From contig OX597817.1 of NCBI GenBank assembly GCA_951406725.2, positions 105,958,001 through 106,022,000 on the forward strand: a DNA stretch of 64,000 nucleotides. The letters run 5' to 3'. This document shows, one piece after another, positions 1 through 12,720 of this stretch. Each line of letters starts with the position of its first letter. Within the stretch, counting starts at the first letter, position 1. This DNA is from Octopus vulgaris (taxonomy: Eukaryota). A program made the translations under genes and the position numbers. The notes beneath the pieces are model-generated. The model was not told the DNA's origin. It made no database searches and saw only the letters and a program-made list of their open reading frames with translations.

Positions 1-2559
1 AGATGTAACACAGATGATAATGTAACAGTTTTTTTACAAACATCAGTAACAAAATAAACATGAACAGTAATGTGAAACATAGTTCACATAGTAACACCAG
101 TGACAACAGATGTAACAAATGTTAACATGAGAAACAATTGCAATAATGACATTTGTAACAAAGTGTCATGAGGAACAGTTTTAATTTTTGGAATGGTTTA
201 GTCAAAATAAAGCAGATGCTTCTTGGATGTTTGTTGGTATGGTTGATGTTTGTGAACATTTTCAAGTCCATGCAAAGCAGGAACAATATGAGGACAGACA
301 GAATTGAAGAGGGTCCTCATTCTATAAGATAAAGATAAGGAGGAAATTGTCAGTGCAGGGCTGGAAGAGTGGGGAGGGAAGTATATGTCAAGGGTTGCCA
401 AAGGGGGTCCGAGCGACTTCCTAGGGTTCGGCGAGGAATTACAGGGGTCGATGATAGCCAAGAGGTCGAATGGAGGTCGGCGTGTGAAAGACCAGCTCAC
501 CCAGATGAACTGCTTCAAATACTTAGTCAGTGCAATGCTCATCCCTCACATTGATGTTGTCAATTTCAATAAAAGATATTCCAGCAATATAATGTATTTT
601 TCACATTTCCTAACCATGAAAACAATTTCATAAAAATTGAAATTTTAATAATGTACACGAAGTTTTAAATGTAAAAAGTGTGTCATCTTCAATAGAATTT
701 CTAGATTTGTCGTACATGTATATTTTAGCTAACATTTTAATTGCCAGCCTCAGTATCCAGTATGCATTTAAGATATGGTATGGAAGGGTAGGGTATTAAA
801 ATATTTTAAATGAGGAGGGTGGTCAATGCGGAAGGACAAATGGCTAAAGAGGGCCAATGGTCGAAAAAATTTGGCGACCTCTAGTTATAGGTGATAAAAG
901 ACAATTGTATTGAGTGGGCCTGAGTAAAGACAGTCTGAAATTAGCTAGCTCCAACGAGCTAAGGCTATTGCAATAATGGTAGAAACACTTCAGGTACAAA
1001 GACAAGCAACCAAGGGCATGGAAAAGTAAAGCAGTATCTGTAGATTTTCCATACTTATTTTGTAAAGTATGTGATGGCTGGAAGTTTAAGAGAATCATGA
1101 AATATATAATTTCATTTGAAATTGTATTTTTTCTCAAGGATTTGATTTATCTGATGATGTCAAATTATACAGGTTGTACTGAAGGTGTAATTTTTGGAGA
1201 GAACATCATCAAATATTATATTCTTTGTTATACACTTGCCACCGGTTCTACTTTGAGTGTTGTTATCTATTATTTTTATTTTTATATGTATAAAGAACTG
1301 AAAAACTTCAACTATGGAATGAAGTCAAAGATATAATCTATCCATAATTTTATTTTGTTATGGCTCAACAACATTAGTAAAGTTTTATCAAATCTAAATT
1401 ATTTTACTAATGATAAAAAGCATCATCGTCATCATCATATAATGTCAATGTTCTATAACGGCATGGTTGGATGATTTGATAGAATCCAAAGAGTCTAAGG
1501 ACTGCATCATGCTCCATTGTCTTCTTTGGTATGGTTTCTGTGACTGGGTACTCTTCCCAATGCCAATTTTACAGGAAATATAAATTTTGTGCATAAAAAA
1601 GATCATCTTAGTTTAATTTCATGGTTAAATTTTCATGTACAGAAACTGTAGCTGAATAACATCATAGATTAGAATCAATAAAAGTAATGATATATAACTT
1701 ATTGATTAATTGGACAATATCTCATACATCATCATCATGTGTTTCCAGAAGGTTAAATAAGTACACTGGATAGGCTTCCCCATGATCTATTTTCTAGTTT
1801 TTGGAACTTATCTCTACTAGTTAACATTACATTCATCATACCTCTATGAGGTAGAAATAGTAGTCAAATCTCACTTTATCACATACCTCATTATTTTTTA
1901 TCCACTATTTTTTATCCATCTATTTTCTTTGTAATGTAGATCCAGATACACTAGCTCTTATAAACAAAACCGGAATGTCACAGCTAAAATGCTTGTCATT
2001 AAACAAGGGGGTGTTGAAAGATTCCTGGCTTTGGGTAAAAAAAAATACAGGAGGATCAGTTCATTATGATTTTATGCAACATATTCTCCTCTCAGATTCA
2101 CACACTTATTGCAGTGGTCCTTCAGTTTTTCTAAGGCCTGTGAAAGAACTTGGAAGATTGGGCTTCCAACCAGGCCTTTCACCATATCCCTAAAACCAGG
2201 AACTTTTCAGCACCCCTTCATATAGCATCTATTTTCTTTGTAATGTAGTTCTAGATACAATAGGCCCAATAAACAAAAGATGGGTATCACAGCTAAAATG
2301 CTTGTAATCATATGTCTATTTAATCAGGACTAAGATGAAACAATACTGCTTAAAGCAGTGGTACAGGAGTGACTTCTATTGGTTCAGAGTGCTTCTTAAT
2401 AACCATATTGTCTGGACAGTTAAATGCCATGTGGTGTTACTGCTCCATGGATACACAACCCACTGCTTCTTTAGCAATTAGGCTATAATTCCAATGACAC
2501 AACTGTAATACCAATAAGACACAATATGGGTAATAGCATGAATATTATAAGAAGCAATC

Positions 2560-3010
2560 TAGGAAATATCATAAACTATAGTATAAGACAATGTAAGTAG
2601 TCAATAACAGAAAATGTAACTAAAGCTGTAATGCAACATGTAATAAAGGCTGTAACATGAATAAACAGAAACAGTAATATAACATGCAATACATACAATA
2701 GTACAGCTAAACAAAAAAAGCTGTAAAATGATACAATAATACATGTAGTAGAAGTTGTAATGCAACATATGATAAACGTATCATGAATAAACAGGAATAG
2801 AAACAACATGTAAGAGAAGCTGTAAAATGATACAGTAACACATGTAGTAAAAGCAATAGCACACGTATTGAAGCTGTAATATAACTAAGCAGACATAGTA
2901 ACACAACATGAAATAGAAATTGTGACACAACATAAAAAGGAGGCAATGGTAACACAGGTATAAAGCTGTAATACAAAAAAACATACCAAGTAACATGAAT
3001 ATTAAAACCA
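2560..3010. repeat. Degenerate tandem repeat (aagctgtaa..aacatg units, roughly 115-130 bp higher-order period)
   Basis: aagctgtaaaatgataca-x-taa-x-acatgtagta occurs near 2717 and 2817. Similar gtaaca/acatg-rich sequence lies at 1-180. Confidence 0.6.
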
Positions 3011-3585
3011 CAACCTTTAGAATAAAAAGCCATGGACATTCCACTTTTATAAATTTTCACATTCATATTTTCATGCATAAATTTATAGATCTCCAAAGCA
3101 CTATTTCATTATGTTAAGGATTACAATTATGTCTTCAGTTTCATTCCATAGTTAAGACTGTCTGAAGCATAATACACCGCCACACGAACATCATGGAAAG
3201 CAGAATAATATTGTAGATAATAAAACACAAGCAGTAACATATGTAACATGAACAGCAATACAACCATAATTCAGCTACTATTCAAGTAGTTAAATAACTA
3301 GTAAAAACAGTAATTCTTTTCAATGTGGGACCTAGGAAGAGGAGGAGTTTTCTCTTCTTAGGCCCCACATGAGGTGATGAGGCTCAATATTCTATCCAGT
3401 TCAACACAGTCATTTGGTTCTGGGATACCTTTACTGGTGCCTAACTTGTTGCAAGCATTCAGCTCAGCCCCACAGTTTGTACCCTACCCATGTTTTTCTT
3501 GTGGGCATTGACTTGCAGATATTCAAGCTAGGCATCAGCCATATCAATCTTATAAGTCTGGAAAGGTCTGCAAAGGTCATGATGC

Positions 3586-3990
3586 TTATCTATTATATAA
3601 AATCTGTTGTCTGTCTGTGTGTGTGTCTTCTAGGATCTTGGGCATTCTCCATCCGATTGCGCTCAAATTTGATATGTAGATACCAACGGTATCAGGGTGT
3701 GTATAAGTCTTGAAAAAAATTACAAAAATCGATTCCAGGTGAGAATGCGATCGATAAAACCGTAGGAACGTGCATTTGTAAAATCATTTTTCTTGGAATA
3801 GAAAAAAAAGTCTATCTTTATTTCTTCTTTTGCTGGTGTCTCAAATTTAGGTTAAATCAGTGTTTCTCAAAGGGGAGGCCTATGGGACAGTCGGACAAGT
3901 TGTTTTGAGAAAATTTGGTTTAAATGTTTGACAACTCAGCACCATCCATTGGACGGAAGGCATTTTACTCGTTTAACATAAACACATAAA
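3586..3990 (+). mobile_element. Probable non-autonomous Helitron-like fragment
   Basis: Starts tatctattatataaaa followed by ctgtctgtgtgtg and a ccgattgcgctcaaatttg motif, a layout typical of invertebrate non-autonomous Helitrons. 3' end not identified. Confidence 0.35.
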
Positions 3991-4451
3991 AGGTATTACC
4001 ATCAGTTTTGACAATAAGTATTCAGCTGTTCAATGAACAGGGCTACCTGTTTGTTAAATTAACATGTAAGACATCAGTGTGTCTTAATGTAATTCTCAGG
4101 TAGAGCCTGCATGATACCTGTGACAAGGTTGAACTTGTAGATTACAGGTGTAATCCTTGTGATGGATTTGCACACAATTTCTGATTCTCCAATTTCACTC
4201 ACAATGCTTGAGTTGACTTGAGGCTATGATAAAAGACACTTGTCCAAGATGCCATGCAGTGGGAACAAACCCAGGGCCTTGTAAATGCATAGCAAATATT
4301 TTAAGCATTCAGCCATAGTTAATACATGCAATAATAGTTATAAAAATGATTGGCCAAAGAAAGAGTAATGTAGACATTGTGACAAATAATAACACAAAAA
4401 GTATCAGATAAAGTAGCAAAGGAAGGAAATGCAGAAAATGACTAAAACAAT

Positions 4452-4665
4452 AAATAATCCTTTCTTCTGTAGGCACAAAGCCTGAAATTTGGGGGCAGGG
4501 GATTAGTCGATTACATCAACCCCAGTGTTTAACTGTTACTTTATCAATCCCAAAAAGATGAAAGGTAAAGTCAACCTTGGTGGAATTTGAACTCAGAATG
4601 TAGCAATGGGTGAAACACCGATAAGCATTTCACCCAGTGTGCTAATGGCTCTGCCAGTTTGCAAG
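4452..4665 (-). mobile_element. SINE family A copy
   Basis: Reverse complement of the recurring core ctggcaga..ttagca..ttctgagttcaaattcc..gtcgactttgcctttcatcc..gataaaataagtaccag seen more than 12 times in this window. Confidence 0.75.
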
Positions 4666-5411
4666 CAGTAATGGAAGAACAGTATTAAACCAGCATAACT
4701 TAATTTATTACATTTGGATATTTGGCTTCAAATAACTGAATACAATCCAAAATATTGCAAAACTTTGCTACACAACTTCCCTTTTAATGATACCCCATTT
4801 TAATAATATTTTTTAAAAATCATAAAAACAAAAATTTAATTATTAATTATGCAAAATGAATACTAAACATTCATAATGATTATTTTAAATGTTTAATACC
4901 CACACACACTTTGATAATGTGCATTTAAGTGTTTGTTCATTCATTCACTCATTCAGTTAGTTTGTATATTGATGTGGTGCATGCATACTGTATTCACCTT
5001 CTCTCCATTTCTCTTTCATCTTGAAACATATCAATCAATTCGTCCTTCCAATCAGACTGGTTAATTTTGGAAATTTCTAGCTGAATCTGGTGTATTTCAA
5101 CACAACATAGGTAATGAAAATAGTCACCTTGGGAATAGCTGTAAAGCTACTTAATTTTAAAAATACTGTAGCATATTCTAGCTAGTTTCTCATTATTGGT
5201 TGTTTTATAATTTTGATGAGCTGAACCAATCACACAGCAAGGCAAAATGACTGGCAAATTTAAGGAATAACCTCATTTAACAATTTGCTTCTCTTCTAGC
5301 AGCTAGATATTTGGAAACAACTGAAATGCTAAGTTGAGGTATTCTTGTAATAGCAGATGTTTCTAAATAACATTTCTATACAACACTTGCCTCAAATAAT
5401 GTTTAAAAACT

Positions 5412-5632
5412 TTAACCCTTTACATAACAATCCATCTAAAACTGCCCCTGGTCCTACAATACAAACCATTTTCTTTAAAATGATTTAAAACCTTCCATCA
5501 AAATTTCATGCAAATTTATGCTCCAGCTTAATAACAACAAAGTTATCTGACAAAATTCTTCTTTATTTTCAAAATTAATCGAAAGAAAGGCAGTATATTT
5601 CATGAAAAATATAGTATTGAAGTGGAGTTAAA
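5412..5632. mobile_element. Degenerate copy of the TTAA MITE family
   Basis: Starts ttaaccctttac, with internal similarity to 10028-10248 (aaccttccatcaaaatt, aagttat, aattaatcgaaag). Right end decayed. Confidence 0.5.
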
Positions 5633-6279
5633 CATAATCAGATCACGTATTAGAATTGTGTACATGTAATGCCCATGCCAGCATCAAGCCAATAAAAGAA
5701 ACTCTATGTGATTTAGCTGCCACTTCTAGCAGCTAAATCTAGATGGTCTTGCAAAGAATGCCTTTGATCATAGGCCTACTTTGTCAAGGCTGACCTGGGA
5801 TTAAACAACCACAACAACAGCATGCTAGCAAAGAAAATCAAATGCACGATGATAAAAACAATGATGAAGATGGTGATGATGATGAGGATGGTGATGATGA
5901 TCATGATAATAATCATGACAATGACTACAACTAAGAATCTGAATTGTTAGGAAAATATTATTGATGAAGACAAAATATTACATTGTTAGCTGAGATGAGT
6001 AATGGACTATTTCAAATGACATTGAATGAAAAAAGTTATCTTCACTGAAAGATTAATCTATTAATAAAAACAACTATTATCAATAAATCCAAGAAATATC
6101 TTGATTTATTCCTTTAAAACCACTGACAAAAGGAAACAGATAAAGGAAATTTCAGTTTGATCAAATAACTTAATTTGAACTATGATAAAACAGGTGTAAA
6201 AGCTTAAAAAAAAAGCTATAGCTAACACACTCACAAGCAAGAAAGACTGAGTAACAAATGCCATGCTTTTGCAAAATGT

Positions 6280-6365
6280 TTACGTGTTCACATAGCTGCA
6301 TGCAGACAGGGTCACTCTCTGAGCCCTCCTGCCCTGGACCCAGTAGAACATCCAGTGTTTGATAG
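6280..6365 (-). CDS. Candidate last coding exon of the PTN/MK-like gene (TIKHWMFYWVQGRRAQRVTLSACSYVNT*)
   Basis: Strong pyrimidine tract and acceptor (ctctctgtctttctctccAG) about 320 nt after the exon-5 donor, phase-compatible, ending in TAA at 6280-6282. The peptide has no family similarity, so the call is uncertain. Confidence 0.35.
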
Positions 6366-6685
6366 CTGGAGAGAAAGACAGAGAGAGAGGAGGCTACACC
6401 AGCATTGTGCTGGTACTTCTTTTCAATTAATCCTTGTAAAGATGAAAGACAAGAGTACCTTGGCAGGATTTGAACTCAGGAGTGCAGAGAGTTAGAACAA
6501 ATATCACAATACATTCCATCCAACCCTCTAATAACTGCCAGTCAACCACCTAATAGAAACAGGTGTAGGGTTTAGTAATTTACAAAAACTATAGCAATGC
6601 AAGGAAACTCAGGCATCAACAATAACAAGTGCTGATAAATTCAAGAAAAAAATTTTTTAAAAAAAGTTAAATCATATTAACTCAC

Positions 6686-6820
6686 TTCGGCGACAGGACT
6701 TGCTTATTGTCTTTTCCTTTTCACAGCTATTTGGATCCCCTCGACGTAAAGTTAGAACACGGACCTTTTTATTAGTGACAGGGTCACAGGCAGACCACTC
6801 ACCCTTCTCATATTTACACT
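6686..6820 (-). CDS. PTN-like: Pleiotrophin/midkine-family gene, coding exon 5: PTN/MK C-type domain 3 (KCKYEKGEWSACDPVTNKKVRVLTLRRGDPNSCEKEKTISKSCRR)
   Basis: Missing from the ORF track. ttttAG acceptor and GTGAGT donor; 135 nt, phase 1-1. Clear paralogue of exon 4 with identical length and Cys spacing. Confidence 0.9.
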
Positions 6821-8431
6821 CTAAAATCAGTAAGGATAATTAATTTCAACTGGAATAGGAATATTACAGAAATTTAATGTTCTGCTATAAGTTTTCAAAT
6901 GCATACAAGTTAGATTAGAAAAAATATATATAATGGAACACCTCGTATAACAATGCACAATATCACTTTTTAGTTATATGCATTGGCTAATTATAGTCAG
7001 TGATCTGAGAAATTCTAAGATTATATCTGCTTTTGTTTCAACACAATATCAGAGAAATATTTAAGGAAATAATACTTTTATAGTATATTGAAGGTAATAA
7101 TACTTTTATAGTATGCTGTATATTGTTTATATCGCTTCTAAAAAATATAAATATAGAGATTTTTATTTCAAGTTTTAGTTTTTACAGATTACTTCATCAA
7201 AATGATTTATTTGTAAAAATATCAGCAGCAAGCTCGATTCATAGATTAATTTCTATTATAACTGACAAAAAAATTTTTAGTAATTTTTTTTTCCCCCCAC
7301 TAGCTGTGAAGTCAAGATTCATTATAAAGCTGTCAGAAAACAAATTGCTTATATTTTTAGAGTAAACTTTAAGCTAATGAATAAAACAATTTTTTTACTT
7401 CATGAATAATAATTTGGTATGTACAAATTGTATGACTTAGCAGAAACACAAATAACACATCTCCTTATCATTATTCCATCACTGAAATGATAATTTCTTT
7501 TAACTATACTTACTAGAGCTTTATTTTATTTTATTTTATTTATTTATTTATTTATTCATTACCTTAGACTGAACACAGAACAATCTAGAACAGAGAACCA
7601 AAGGAAATACTATAAAGCATTTATAGAGCTATTCTTTAACTACTAAACTCTTGCTCCAAATATTCTCCTTTACATCCTCATGAAAATAGAAATAAGGATA
7701 GTTTTTTTTTAGTGTATAATGTATTAATGTTGCCTATTTTGTATGTTGGAACTGGGTAAATATCATGTTATATATTGTATACATGTTTAGTTAGAAGCAA
7801 CATCTACTGAAGATTATCCAAAAAAATTATATAGAATACTATCCCTTATATGATGAATAGGAAGAGGATGAGATGCAGGAAGATAAAGATGGTGATGATG
7901 ATGTTGACAATGACGATGATGATGATGATGATGATGTGTAACCCTCATTTTCAGAAACTGCCAACATATATCTGACATAACTGATAAAAAGTAACTGGAG
8001 AAGGTAAGGCAAAAAGGGGTAAGTTGGAATGAATTAGTTTTGTAAAATGTTTAAAAGTATATGTTTTGCATGGTCATATACTCTATTTTATTAAATATGA
8101 ACAATTTTTTTGGCATTATTATTATATTAATGTATAAAACTATCATGGTTGGAGGGAGCGGTTGCTAATATTCAGTTACAAAGTTGGACACTTTTAGTAA
8201 GTATAACAGAAATAAATTAATAATAACTAATATCATATAAATTAAGAATAGTAATGTAAATTACACTTGTAGAAAATTTGACTGCTTTCATATTATATCA
8301 GTGTATATATATGCATATACATACATATACATACATGCACATATACACACACATATATATATATATATATATCCATGCATGCATGTGGCATATATGTATG
8401 TATATGCTCAAACATGTACATGATTCGGATG

Positions 8432-8474
<43 letters not shown>

Positions 8475-8842
8475 GTATGAAATTATATGTAAATATATAT
8501 TTGGTCTAGAAGAGGCAGTACCAATGACTTTTGCAGGCCTTTCAAGGCCATTGAGCTTGACAAACTAGATGTTTTATATATAGTGAGACAAATCTAAATT
8601 CATTACTGAACACATCACTACGTTACCTAAGTCTTTTTAGTTGAACAGTCTTGAGATACTCTAAATAGAAGGCATGCTAAAACAATCAGGTATTTCTAAC
8701 TGGTTCTCAGTTTACTCCTTATCAAGGACAGAAAATATTTTAGAAGTCTAAATTGTAGATTAAATAATATTTTACATTATAAGTACCAGTTTGAGATAGA
8801 AAAGAGAAACAGATCCATTGGTAAGATTGTTTTACACACACA

Positions 8843-8843
<1 letters not shown>

Positions 8844-8897
<54 letters not shown>
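8844..8897. repeat. (CT)n microsatellite
   Basis: Pure CT run. Confidence 0.95.
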
Positions 8898-8901
<4 letters not shown>

Positions 8902-9108
8902 AGGTCCTTAGACATTCCAGCTCTTAATGCTGAAAAATTCTGGCAGATAATTCATTTATAAAATATAGATAAGTTTATTTAGTTGACAAGCAATTAAACA
9001 AATGATTTAAACATATTCAGTGGGTTAATTTTGATTTAATCTGTTAATCTGTTCATCTCTCTACAAACTGACTCTGTAAAACAAAGGTTTGAAATGTTGC
9101 TAACTTAC

Positions 9109-9243
9109 TTAATTTGCATGTTTTTGTTAATGTCTTCTCCTTTTGACATCTGTTTGGGTCTCCACGCCTTAGTTTTAACACCCTTGTTTTTTCATTTGTC
9201 TGGGCATCACATTGGGACCAAGGGCCTCGGGTATATTTACATG
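9109..9243 (-). CDS. PTN-like: Pleiotrophin/midkine-family gene, coding exon 4: PTN/MK C-type domain 2 (ACKYTRGPWSQCDAQTNEKTRVLKLRRGDPNRCQKEKTLTKTCKL)
   Basis: ttgtAG acceptor and GTAAGT donor; 135 nt, phase 1-1. Same 4-Cys CKY/W/CD pattern. Confidence 0.9.
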
Positions 9244-10027
9244 CTACAAACAAATTCTAAACATTATGGCCATATAAATAAAATATAAAGCATTCATTTA
9301 GAACTCCTCAAGCTTAAAAGCTGTAAATTATGCAAGCGATTCTGTATAACCGAATATAATATGAGTCGCCACAAACACACATACACATGTGAAATGTATA
9401 GAAAACCCTATTGGTGTTGGATATTCAATAGATAAAGTCAATGCCTTGTCAGTTTTAAAACACAAACCTTCTTTGTCATACACGTAATTATATTTTCTTA
9501 TTAACAAATTTTTATAATAAATGATCCACATTTAGGGGTTTTGTTTGTTTTTTATTTTACATCTTTTCAAAAGTGGTACTTTACATATTATAAAGTATAA
9601 TATATTATAAATACAGCTCCAAAATAAAATTCATGTATATTCTGACTTCATTACATACAAACTAACAGTAAAAGCTAAACAAAGATTTGAAAAAAAGAAT
9701 AAACTCTAAATTTGTGAGAAAGGGAAAAGAAACCAAACCCCCCAAAAAAAAGAACAATTATACTAAACCAAGAAAGGAGTAATTGTGGTGGGTAAAAACC
9801 TAAACAGATTAAAATTTCACTGTTAATCTAGAAATGTATGAAATAAATCAATACTCTATGTTTATATTATCTTCCAAATAGACATCACCAGCTCTTAGTA
9901 CTGTACAGATTTCTTATATCTTATTTATTCCTTTTATCTAAACATAGCATACACTCAGTAAAATTATAATTCCCTCTGCCACACTCAGACATCATATAGA
10001 ACAAAGTTATTTACAACATTCACTTAA

Positions 10028-10248
10028 CCCTTTCGTTACCAACCCGGCTGAAACCAGCTCTGGCTCTGAGTACAAATGTTTTGTTTTCATAAGTTTGGAA
10101 TTAAAAATCTTCAACCAAACCTTAGTCACAATTTATGTTCCTAACACAATCTGAATGATAACTAAGTTATTTTACTAAATTCTTTGTTATATTTAAAGTA
10201 ATTGAAAGAAACACAGAACATCTCAACAGAAATACAGTAACAAAAGGG
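10028..10248. mobile_element. piggyBac-like MITE (221 bp)
   Basis: TIRs ccctttcgttac / gtaacaaaaggg with a perfect TTAA target site on both sides. Confidence 0.8.
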
Positions 10249-11423
10249 TTAAACATTTGGAATTGTGTTTCACCACAAACTGAATGGTAAGATTTCTCAG
10301 AAATAAACATCCCCTTTACATTAAAATTGTAGCCAATGAGAGGATGAAGATTCAGTTTCAAACATATATCATTAACCATCATCAGATAGTGCAACAATAA
10401 GTTCTCTATAAAGGTTAAATGAAATGATATATTTTGTAATACTGATTTGTCTTTTTTTTTTTATATTTTTATTGTCTTTTCAAATCCTTCATACGTTTAC
10501 AATTACAATTTTTCTTTTACAAATTACTTGTTCACAGACTTTTATTGAATCAATATCAGTATCATTAATGTCCTTTTTTGCTATCAATCTCCAAAGGGAG
10601 AAAACGTGATGTGCTTCAACACTCAGTGACCTTTGTGCAAGGAGTCAACTTGAAGGCCATGAGCCAGCAGCTTCTCCTGACAAACATTCAGCCACATAAA
10701 CATTAACAACACAACTACACCCATTAAATATTTTGATCAATTCAAAAAGATTACAGTATATCAGTTTAGTTTTGACTGTATGAATTCCAAAACCACTAGA
10801 AAATATGCTTCCTTACAATAGTTTTGCTTATCATCCGGATATATCTCCAGGATATGATATCCTCTACATTAGTTTATAAACATAGCATACACTTGGTAAA
10901 GTTATAATTTTTCAGATTCTTGACCTCATCTTTAGAGCTGAAACATTTCTTAATACTTACATCTTAAGCTACTTTATAAATAGTTTGATTTCTGATTGTC
11001 ATCAGGTTTCTTACTCCTGGGTATATGCATACTACAGGAGTAGATGCATCAGTGGCCAAGCAGATAAAACCATTACTACCCATGCTTTAAAAATCAAGGT
11101 TTGTTTGTACATTAATACAATATACATATCCAGGAATAAGGCACTGATGATGATTAGAGATTAAAACAATTAAAACCTGGTGTAGATGAAAATATGTAAA
11201 ATAAGATTTCATCTTTACAGATGATGTTGACAGTCTAAAAAATGACAATCTTATTAACAATAGCATTTGATAGCATATACTAACATTTTATAATATAAGG
11301 TTTTTTTCTATAAAATGAGACTCCTAATTCAATTATTATATGACTCAATACATTCTGTATTAATATCTATGAGAATTACAAATTTTTTGGATGGAATCTA
11401 ATACTTGTAAGAGTTAATCTAAT

Positions 11424-11640
11424 AATCCTTTCTAATATAGACACAAGGCCTGGAATTTGGGGTGAGGGAGCAAGTCAATTAGACTGAACCCAGTATGCAA
11501 CTGGTACTTAATTTATTGACCCTGAAAGGATGAAAGGCAAAGTCAATGTCAGTGGAATTTGAACTCAGAACAGAGCAACAGACAAAATACTGCTAAGCGT
11601 TTTTCCCAGCGTGCTAATGATTCTGCCAGCGTGCCACCTT
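11424..11640 (-). mobile_element. SINE family A copy
   Basis: Same core (ctggtacttaatttattgaccctgaaaggatgaaaggcaaagtc on +). Confidence 0.8.
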
Positions 11641-11961
11641 AAGAGTTTGCCATATAATAATCTGATACTTGTACTAATCACAAGATCAATCATATTTACT
11701 CTCACAACTAGAGACTGAACCAAATAAACTTGATTTGATTCTTTGTTAATTAGGATAAATACTGAAGTATTTTTAGAATGAAATATTTGGTGTAACATAG
11801 TCTAGGAGACACTTATTTATATGTGATAACTTGTCCATTGGCTTAAAAAAGTATCAACATTGCAAGACAGGCCAATTGTTCCACAACTGCCCTTGCATGC
11901 TTCCATAACTTAACATCATTAACATTTATGTATTCATATACACATGTACATACCACAAAGT

Positions 11962-12350
11962 GGAGGCGCAATGGCCCAGTGGTTGGGGCAGCGGACTCGC
12001 AGTCGTAGGATCGCAGTTTCGATTCCCAGACCGGGCGTTGTGAGTGTTTATTGAGCGAAAACACCTAAAAAGCTCCACGAGGCTCCGGCAGGGATGGTGG
12101 TGATCCCTGCTGTACTCTTTCACCACAACTTTCTCTCACTCTTACTTCCTGTTTCTGTTGTACCTGTATTTCAAAAGGGCCGGCCTTGTCACTCTCTGTG
12201 TCACGCTGAATATCCCCGAGAACTACGTTAAGGGTGCACATGTCTGTGGAGTGCTCAACCACTTACACGTTAATTTCATGAGCAGGCTGTTCCGTTGATC
12301 GGATCAACCAGAACCCTCGTCGTCGTAACCGACGGAGTGCTTCCATCCAC
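11962..12350 (+). mobile_element. tRNA-derived SINE family C
   Basis: tRNA-like head with A-box (tggcccagtgg) and B-box-like gtttcgattccc. A related copy lies at 34656-34945. Confidence 0.75.
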
Positions 12351-12720
12351 ATACCACAAAATAAAAACACAAAAATAACATGCAAATAACACGCACACAG
12401 AAGAAGATAAAAATCCTTTGAGTCATCAACTATATAGAAGACAGGACATATTAAGAGACATCATCTAAACAATGATAGTATTGAGTTTCTGGAGTCTTCA
12501 AGCATTAATGATCTTTCTTAATTACTGTAGATATGAATGTTTAGAATAGAACCAATTCTTCTTTTTAATTAATTGCTGGGTATTTTGATAGATGATGTTC
12601 AAAATTTACCAATGCTAACATATTTGTGTCGAGGCTGATAGAAGTGAGGTAGAAAGATTTCTGAATATCATAGGTGTTCTGTCACCCTTGTTCTTAGTTT
12701 TCTAATGATCACCTGCTTAA

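Noticed and set aside
198-542. 114-aa minus ORF in a GC-richer block
   Set aside because: No recognisable domain, it does not fit the PTN exon pattern, and it is probably a retroelement fragment I cannot classify.
1917-2306. About 80-bp direct repeat (1917-1996 and 2227-2306)
   Set aside because: Likely internal structure of an interspersed repeat, with no evidence of function.
2576-3096. Hydrophobic minus-strand ORFs resembling membrane proteins
   Set aside because: Translations of the degenerate tandem repeat in all three frames.
4995-5080. Alternative last exon candidate (KISKINQSDWKDELIDMFQDEREMERR* or TRNFQN*)
   Set aside because: Weak polypyrimidine tract and no family similarity, so it cannot be supported without transcripts.
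11962-12035. tRNA-like sequences (also 16746 and 34656)
   Set aside because: They are SINE heads continuing into repeat bodies, with no complete cloverleaf or terminator.
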